Part shown: piece by piece, positions 59,457-64,000 of the stretch | Layout: each line of letters begins with the position of its first letter | How positions within the stretch are numbered: the first letter of the stretch is position 1 | Source of the DNA: Zancudomyces culisetae HAW-14-8 | Lineage: Eukaryota > Fungi > Kickxellomycota | NCBI GenBank assembly: GCA_052426225.1 | Contig: JBNJNM010000011.1 | Location: 3,224,001-3,288,000, forward strand | Length of the DNA: 64,000 bases | Direction of reading: 5' to 3' | Notes under the pieces: generated by a model | The model's database searches: none | What the model was told of the DNA's origin: nothing | Seen by the model: only the letters and a program-made list of their open reading frames with translations | Made by a program: the position numbers and the translations under genes

Positions 59457-62400
59457 ATGAAGGAACATGAGGAAGGAATGATGAGAAAAGGAACAATGAG
59501 CGGAAGAAGGGGGTATAGGGAGTTGTGGGAAGAGAGGACGTATCAAATAGCCAAAATGCTAGAAGAAAAGGGGAAATGGAAGCAATATTTACGAGAAAAA
59601 GAATATGGATATTTGAAGGAAAATCTGGTAGATAGGGAAAAATGGACAAAATTTATGACTTTTACCCAGGAGGACTTAGACGAAGAGAGAATTCAACAAG
59701 AATTGCGGGGAGAAGGCGAGGAGATATGTCAAAATAAAGTGGATGGAGACAGTTGCGAGAATGGTGAAAATGAATGTGGTGTACAAAAGGGAGGGCAAGG
59801 CAGCAAAGCCTTTGAAAAATTAATAGTGGCGTTTCATGCACGATCAGTGATATTTGAACAGTATGTAACGGGTTTATATCCTATTGAGTGTAAAGAATGT
59901 AAAAAGAATTTCACAACGCAAGAACTTCGGAAAATAATGGGAAGTAATGGCGTCAAGAGCAAAAACGGCGTGATAGAAGATATAGAAGAGGGAGAACGAA
60001 TAGAAGAAATGGAAATGGATATAGATATAGATACGAAAAACGAATTGGGGGAAAGTGCTCCGGCAAAAATGAAACGAGAAAGGGGTAGTGCAGGGGCGAT
60101 TAATGAAGAGGAGGAAGGGGGAGGGGAAGAAAGGGGAGAGGGGGACAAGGAGAAGAATGGTGTTATTGAGGGCGGTGTGGGTGGGCTTTTGGAAAATAGT
60201 GTTGGATTTGGAAAAAATGCGTTTGCCAGTAGAGTAAAAAAGGAAGAAGACGATTATGACTACGACGACGACGAGGACGACGAGGACGACGAGGAAGAGG
60301 AGAAGGGGGAGGGGGAGGGAAATGAAGGCGAAAAAGAAAAAGAAAAAGAGATGGAAGAAAAGGGGGCAGGCCAAGAAACTGAAAGCCAAATAAATGGAGA
60401 AATAAAGCTAAAAGAAACCAAGACAGAGGAGAAAAAAATTGAAAAGAAAGAAACCTTTGCTGAGCAATGGGCACAAAAAATTGCAGACGAAAAACTGCCA
60501 GTGATGCAGAAAGAGGAGGAAGAAGACGAGAAAGAAGAGATACTAGAAGTCGAGATGGGAGAGGTTTTTGAAACATTGGAACATGATATCGAAGCGATTG
60601 GAGAGGTTGAGAAATGGCGAGAAACAAAAGAGGCGCTGCAAATGTTTATTAAAGTGAGAGAAGAGGAAATAGAGCGGGACAAGGTGGCAATACAGGTAGG
60701 AGCAATGACAAATGTCAAACATCTTGCACAGTTTATAGATAGTAATAGAAAGGAGGTGGAACTTTCAACAGCAGAATTGACAACGCTTTTGGGTGAAGTG
60801 CGACCGAAAAAGACAAAGTGGGCTAACGATGAATATCCAAAACAGGATGAGTTGTATACTGGATTGGAATCTGTATTGGGAGAACTTCGAGGGATGGGAG
60901 TAGTTTCATTGCCATTTTTGACGCAAGTAAAGAGAAGGGATGCACCGGATTACTATGATGTGATTCAACGACCGATGGATTTGGGAACAATGGGTAAAAA
61001 ACTGAAGAATTTGGAGTATCGGAGCAAAAGGGAGTTTATGGACGATATACAGCTAATTCGTAACAACTGTTTTGAATATAACACAACACCCAACCATCCA
61101 TATAGAAAACAGGCAGAGATGGTGATGAAAAGAGCAGAACAGTTGTTGGCTAAGATTCCAGAGGTAGAAATGACAGGGGGACGAATGCAAGGCACTTTTG
61201 ATGATGATCGGGTGAACGATTATGATAGTGACCACTATACACCTAGTGAGGGTCGAACGAATGGTGTTACAACCAGAAACTCTATGGCCGATGACACATC
61301 GATAGCAGATGATCAAAACGATGGAACCAATTCAATATACAGGCAGGATATTGAAAGGGATGAAATGATGGCCATAGAAACACCATTGATGGCAGAAACA
61401 GCAGCAGAAGGAAACACATTGGAAGGATGCGAAGGAAACGGTGGGGTCGACCGAACTTGTGGAAATGAGCAGGAGGTTGGAGGAGAAAATAAAAATGGCA
61501 TCAATGGTTTGGATACACGAGAGATATTTATAAAAAGTGTCGAGTCACTGTTGGGAAGACACAACAGACATTTGCATGTGGATAGTGAATTTAGAAACAA
61601 ACGAACAATAAGGTTTCGGGCACAAATGGCACAGAGAGCAAGAGCACGAATCGGTACTCGGCTTGAGGAACAGACAGCAGTGATACGGACACCAGAAGCG
61701 ATGCAACGGGGGATGGCAGAGCGACACTATCAAACATACAAGTTGCAAGTGGAAAGTGGCAAGGAAGGAGGATCAGTAACAGATTATTACAATGTTCAGG
61801 CCGTGTTGGAGGAAGCAGTACAGTTGAAAGATTATACAGCACAAAGTGGGATGAAGGATGTCGAGTTTGGTGTGGCAGAAAGCAAGAAGCGACATGAATT
61901 GTATGAGTTGGTGGAGAAGCATAAGGAACAATTGGAGAAGATGGAACAAATAGATAAGTACGAGGTACAAAATCCACATATTTCAACAAGCACGCTTTAT
62001 GATCCAGGAAGCGGTATTCCAGAACGGATATTTGACGGTCAGCAATTAAAATCAAGACTGCCGGTTGAACCAGTAAACGACAGCAATGGAAATAGGCTCA
62101 CCATTGAGAGTTACCAGGCGACACGGTTTCCGGATAACGAGATGTGGAAACACATGGCTAAGGGTATAGATGTGCTTAGAGATATTCGTGAGGTTGATAA
62201 TCAAATCAACATTATCAAATTTAACCATTCAGTCGGCTACTATGAAAATTCTGATGGGCCAAATTCACTATACACAATGCCGAGTACTTTTCTTACACGA
62301 CGTAAAAAGCGCAAACAAAAAGCAGTATCAACTAGAGATGGAGTTGGTGTTGGTGTTGGGGCTGAAGCTGAAGTCTCGTACCAGAATAATGCATTTGAAG

Positions 62401-63641
62401 ATAATGAAGAAGACAATGAACCTGAAGGTTTGGTAGATTTTGACCACAAATGGAAAGCTCAAGCAGATCCTTTGCAGCCGTTGGTGATGGATCGAGAGTG
62501 CGGAATACGACTGGTCCGACGGACATGTGCTGTGCTGCTTGCCAACGCCGGCTTTGAAAGGTTGACAACCCAGGCCCTGGATCTGCTTACTGAAGTTACC
62601 CGAGATTATTTATGCAATCTAGGCCGCACACTACGCTCGTATATTGACACGCATTCTTCCGAGCTTACACCCGAAGCCATGTTGGCACACTGTCTATACG
62701 AAAATGGAGTTGAACGGCTCAGTGATTTGTCGTTCTACGCTGAAACCATCTACAAGACCGATGGCAGGCTTATTGATACCTTGGAGCGACTGGAAACGGC
62801 ACTTGAACAGCAAATTAGTGGTAAATCGTTTGGTAATGATGATGCCTCTGCTGCGTTCGGAAACGAATACAGCTACATGAACGGTGACCTGGCCACCCTG
62901 GCTGACGATTTCTTTGGATTTCAGGAGCTGGGGTTGGATGCTGAGGTGGGTGTTGATATCAACAAGGCCATTCCACCACAACTGTGGTATGGTCGCAACT
63001 ACTCCTCGGCGGCCGCGAACAGCAAGGCTGACGATGAGCAGTACCAATACATTCCACCTCCCAAATGGCCCATGCTGGATTCACTTGATAACATGGTGGG
63101 TTTGTTTCTGCCATTCCTGGTATCTAAATTCCAACTTGATCCAATTGATCTAGTTTCTCCTGTCTCACAAACCACAAACCCTGCTATGCCTGGTAGTGCT
63201 GAAGATCCGTATTTTGTAATCTCTGAATACATCAGTAAACACAAGAAATTCAAACTAACTCATGCTGGTGCTGATGGTAATGGTGATGGTGATGGTGATC
63301 CACAGCCTTTAAAACCCTTAGTTGAAGACGATACTTTACCTCCAAAGGCTCGGTTTGGTCATTTTAGACCCAAAGTACCTCCACCGAACCGTTTAACAAA
63401 TCCCAAGCTATCTCCACAAGCTGTTGCTGCTGCTACTACTGCTACCACTACTGCTACTGCTTCTACTTCTACTTCAGCTACATCTACCAACACCAAGAAA
63501 GCTGGTAGTGGTGGGAATACAAATACCAACGCCACCACAACCACCAATTCTACCAAGAAGAGCGGTTCTGGTACTGCTGGTACTAATCGTGGTAAAGCCG
63601 AATCAAATAAAAAGGCTACTGGATCCAAGAAAAAACCTTAA
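59457..63641 (+). CDS. SPT7: SAGA subunit Spt7 (bromodomain plus histone fold)
   Basis: EVRPKKTKWANDE..KQDELY; PFLTQVKRRDAPDYYDVIQRPMDLGTM; NCFEYN; LANAGFE..T..ALDLLTEV; DDFFGFQELGLD. Confidence 0.93.
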   Translation: MKEHEEGMMRKGTMSGRRGYRELWEERTYQIAKMLEEKGKWKQYLREKEYGYLKENLVDREKWTKFMTFTQEDLDEERIQQELRGEGEEICQNKVDGDSCENGENECGVQKGGQGSKAFEKLIVAFHARSVIFEQYVTGLYPIECKECKKNFTTQELRKIMGSNGVKSKNGVIEDIEEGERIEEMEMDIDIDTKNELGESAPAKMKRERGSAGAINEEEEGGGEERGEGDKEKNGVIEGGVGGLLENSVGFGKNAFASRVKKEEDDYDYDDDEDDEDDEEEEKGEGEGNEGEKEKEKEMEEKGAGQETESQINGEIKLKETKTEEKKIEKKETFAEQWAQKIADEKLPVMQKEEEEDEKEEILEVEMGEVFETLEHDIEAIGEVEKWRETKEALQMFIKVREEEIERDKVAIQVGAMTNVKHLAQFIDSNRKEVELSTAELTTLLGEVRPKKTKWANDEYPKQDELYTGLESVLGELRGMGVVSLPFLTQVKRRDAPDYYDVIQRPMDLGTMGKKLKNLEYRSKREFMDDIQLIRNNCFEYNTTPNHPYRKQAEMVMKRAEQLLAKIPEVEMTGGRMQGTFDDDRVNDYDSDHYTPSEGRTNGVTTRNSMADDTSIADDQNDGTNSIYRQDIERDEMMAIETPLMAETAAEGNTLEGCEGNGGVDRTCGNEQEVGGENKNGINGLDTREIFIKSVESLLGRHNRHLHVDSEFRNKRTIRFRAQMAQRARARIGTRLEEQTAVIRTPEAMQRGMAERHYQTYKLQVESGKEGGSVTDYYNVQAVLEEAVQLKDYTAQSGMKDVEFGVAESKKRHELYELVEKHKEQLEKMEQIDKYEVQNPHISTSTLYDPGSGIPERIFDGQQLKSRLPVEPVNDSNGNRLTIESYQATRFPDNEMWKHMAKGIDVLRDIREVDNQINIIKFNHSVGYYENSDGPNSLYTMPSTFLTRRKKRKQKAVSTRDGVGVGVGAEAEVSYQNNAFEDNEEDNEPEGLVDFDHKWKAQADPLQPLVMDRECGIRLVRRTCAVLLANAGFERLTTQALDLLTEVTRDYLCNLGRTLRSYIDTHSSELTPEAMLAHCLYENGVERLSDLSFYAETIYKTDGRLIDTLERLETALEQQISGKSFGNDDASAAFGNEYSYMNGDLATLADDFFGFQELGLDAEVGVDINKAIPPQLWYGRNYSSAAANSKADDEQYQYIPPPKWPMLDSLDNMVGLFLPFLVSKFQLDPIDLVSPVSQTTNPAMPGSAEDPYFVISEYISKHKKFKLTHAGADGNGDGDGDPQPLKPLVEDDTLPPKARFGHFRPKVPPPNRLTNPKLSPQAVAAATTATTTATASTSTSATSTNTKKAGSGGNTNTNATTTTNSTKKSGSGTAGTNRGKAESNKKATGSKKKP

Positions 63642-63956
63642 TATTTTTGTATATCTTTTTCTTGATTCTTTATTTATTTTTATGTTTGTTTGCTATTATT
63701 TACCTTTTATTTACTAATTTTATTATCAATATTGGGACTTGTCTATAAAATATATCTGAAACCCACAAAAAACAAAATTCTATGCGTATATATTTTTTTA
63801 CTCTTGTCAATGTTATTATAAATATTGACATAACTGCTATTATTACTATTGGTGATGGTATTGGTGTTAAAATACATTGTGAGTGGGGGAGAGTTGTTAA
63901 ATACCATATTCAAATAAAATAACAGAAAAAAAAAAGTTAAATAAATCTTCGCCTAG

Positions 63957-64000
63957 CCATCCCATCCCATTTCAACTCATCCATCCATCCATCCATCCAT
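63957..64000 (+). repeat. (CCAT)n / (CCCAT)n microsatellite
   Basis: CCATCCCATCCCAT...CATCCATCCATCCATCCAT running to the window end. Confidence 0.7.

Noticed and set aside
55915-63628. Many antisense and alternate-frame ORFs over the mucin-like gene and SPT7, and likewise over other genes
   Set aside because: These are shadows of low-complexity coding sequence on the real strand.

Overview
AT-rich, intron-containing eukaryotic DNA with a fungal gene set. The style suggests an early-diverging fungus such as Harpellales/Kickxellomycotina, but this is an inference and was not verified. From ~11 kb onward the window is a compact housekeeping region: USP, Utp16-like, PWP1, RRP40, CFT1, VanZ-like, VPS41, TAD3, a PDK-family kinase, RBG2, EHD3, YME1, a J-protein, CDC4, a bHLH factor, UBA3, ZUO1, a secreted mucin-like protein and SPT7. 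The first ~10 kb holds a partial PHO89-type transporter, decayed secreted-protein genes and a tRNA-Phe. The main discovery lies directly upstream of the tRNA (~4.95-8.69 kb): a stack of TG...CA-bounded elements from two families. The three long elements (746-770 bp, TGTCG...CGACA ends) each carry hairpins and an ORF that runs out through the element end. Two have perfect 4-bp target-site duplications, and the two closest copies show compensatory hairpin changes and mostly synonymous ORF divergence. Three shorter TGTCATATA...AACA elements are interleaved with them. The best reading is a tRNA-targeted solo-LTR pile-up from an apparently undescribed retroelement whose LTR encodes a long gag N-terminus.
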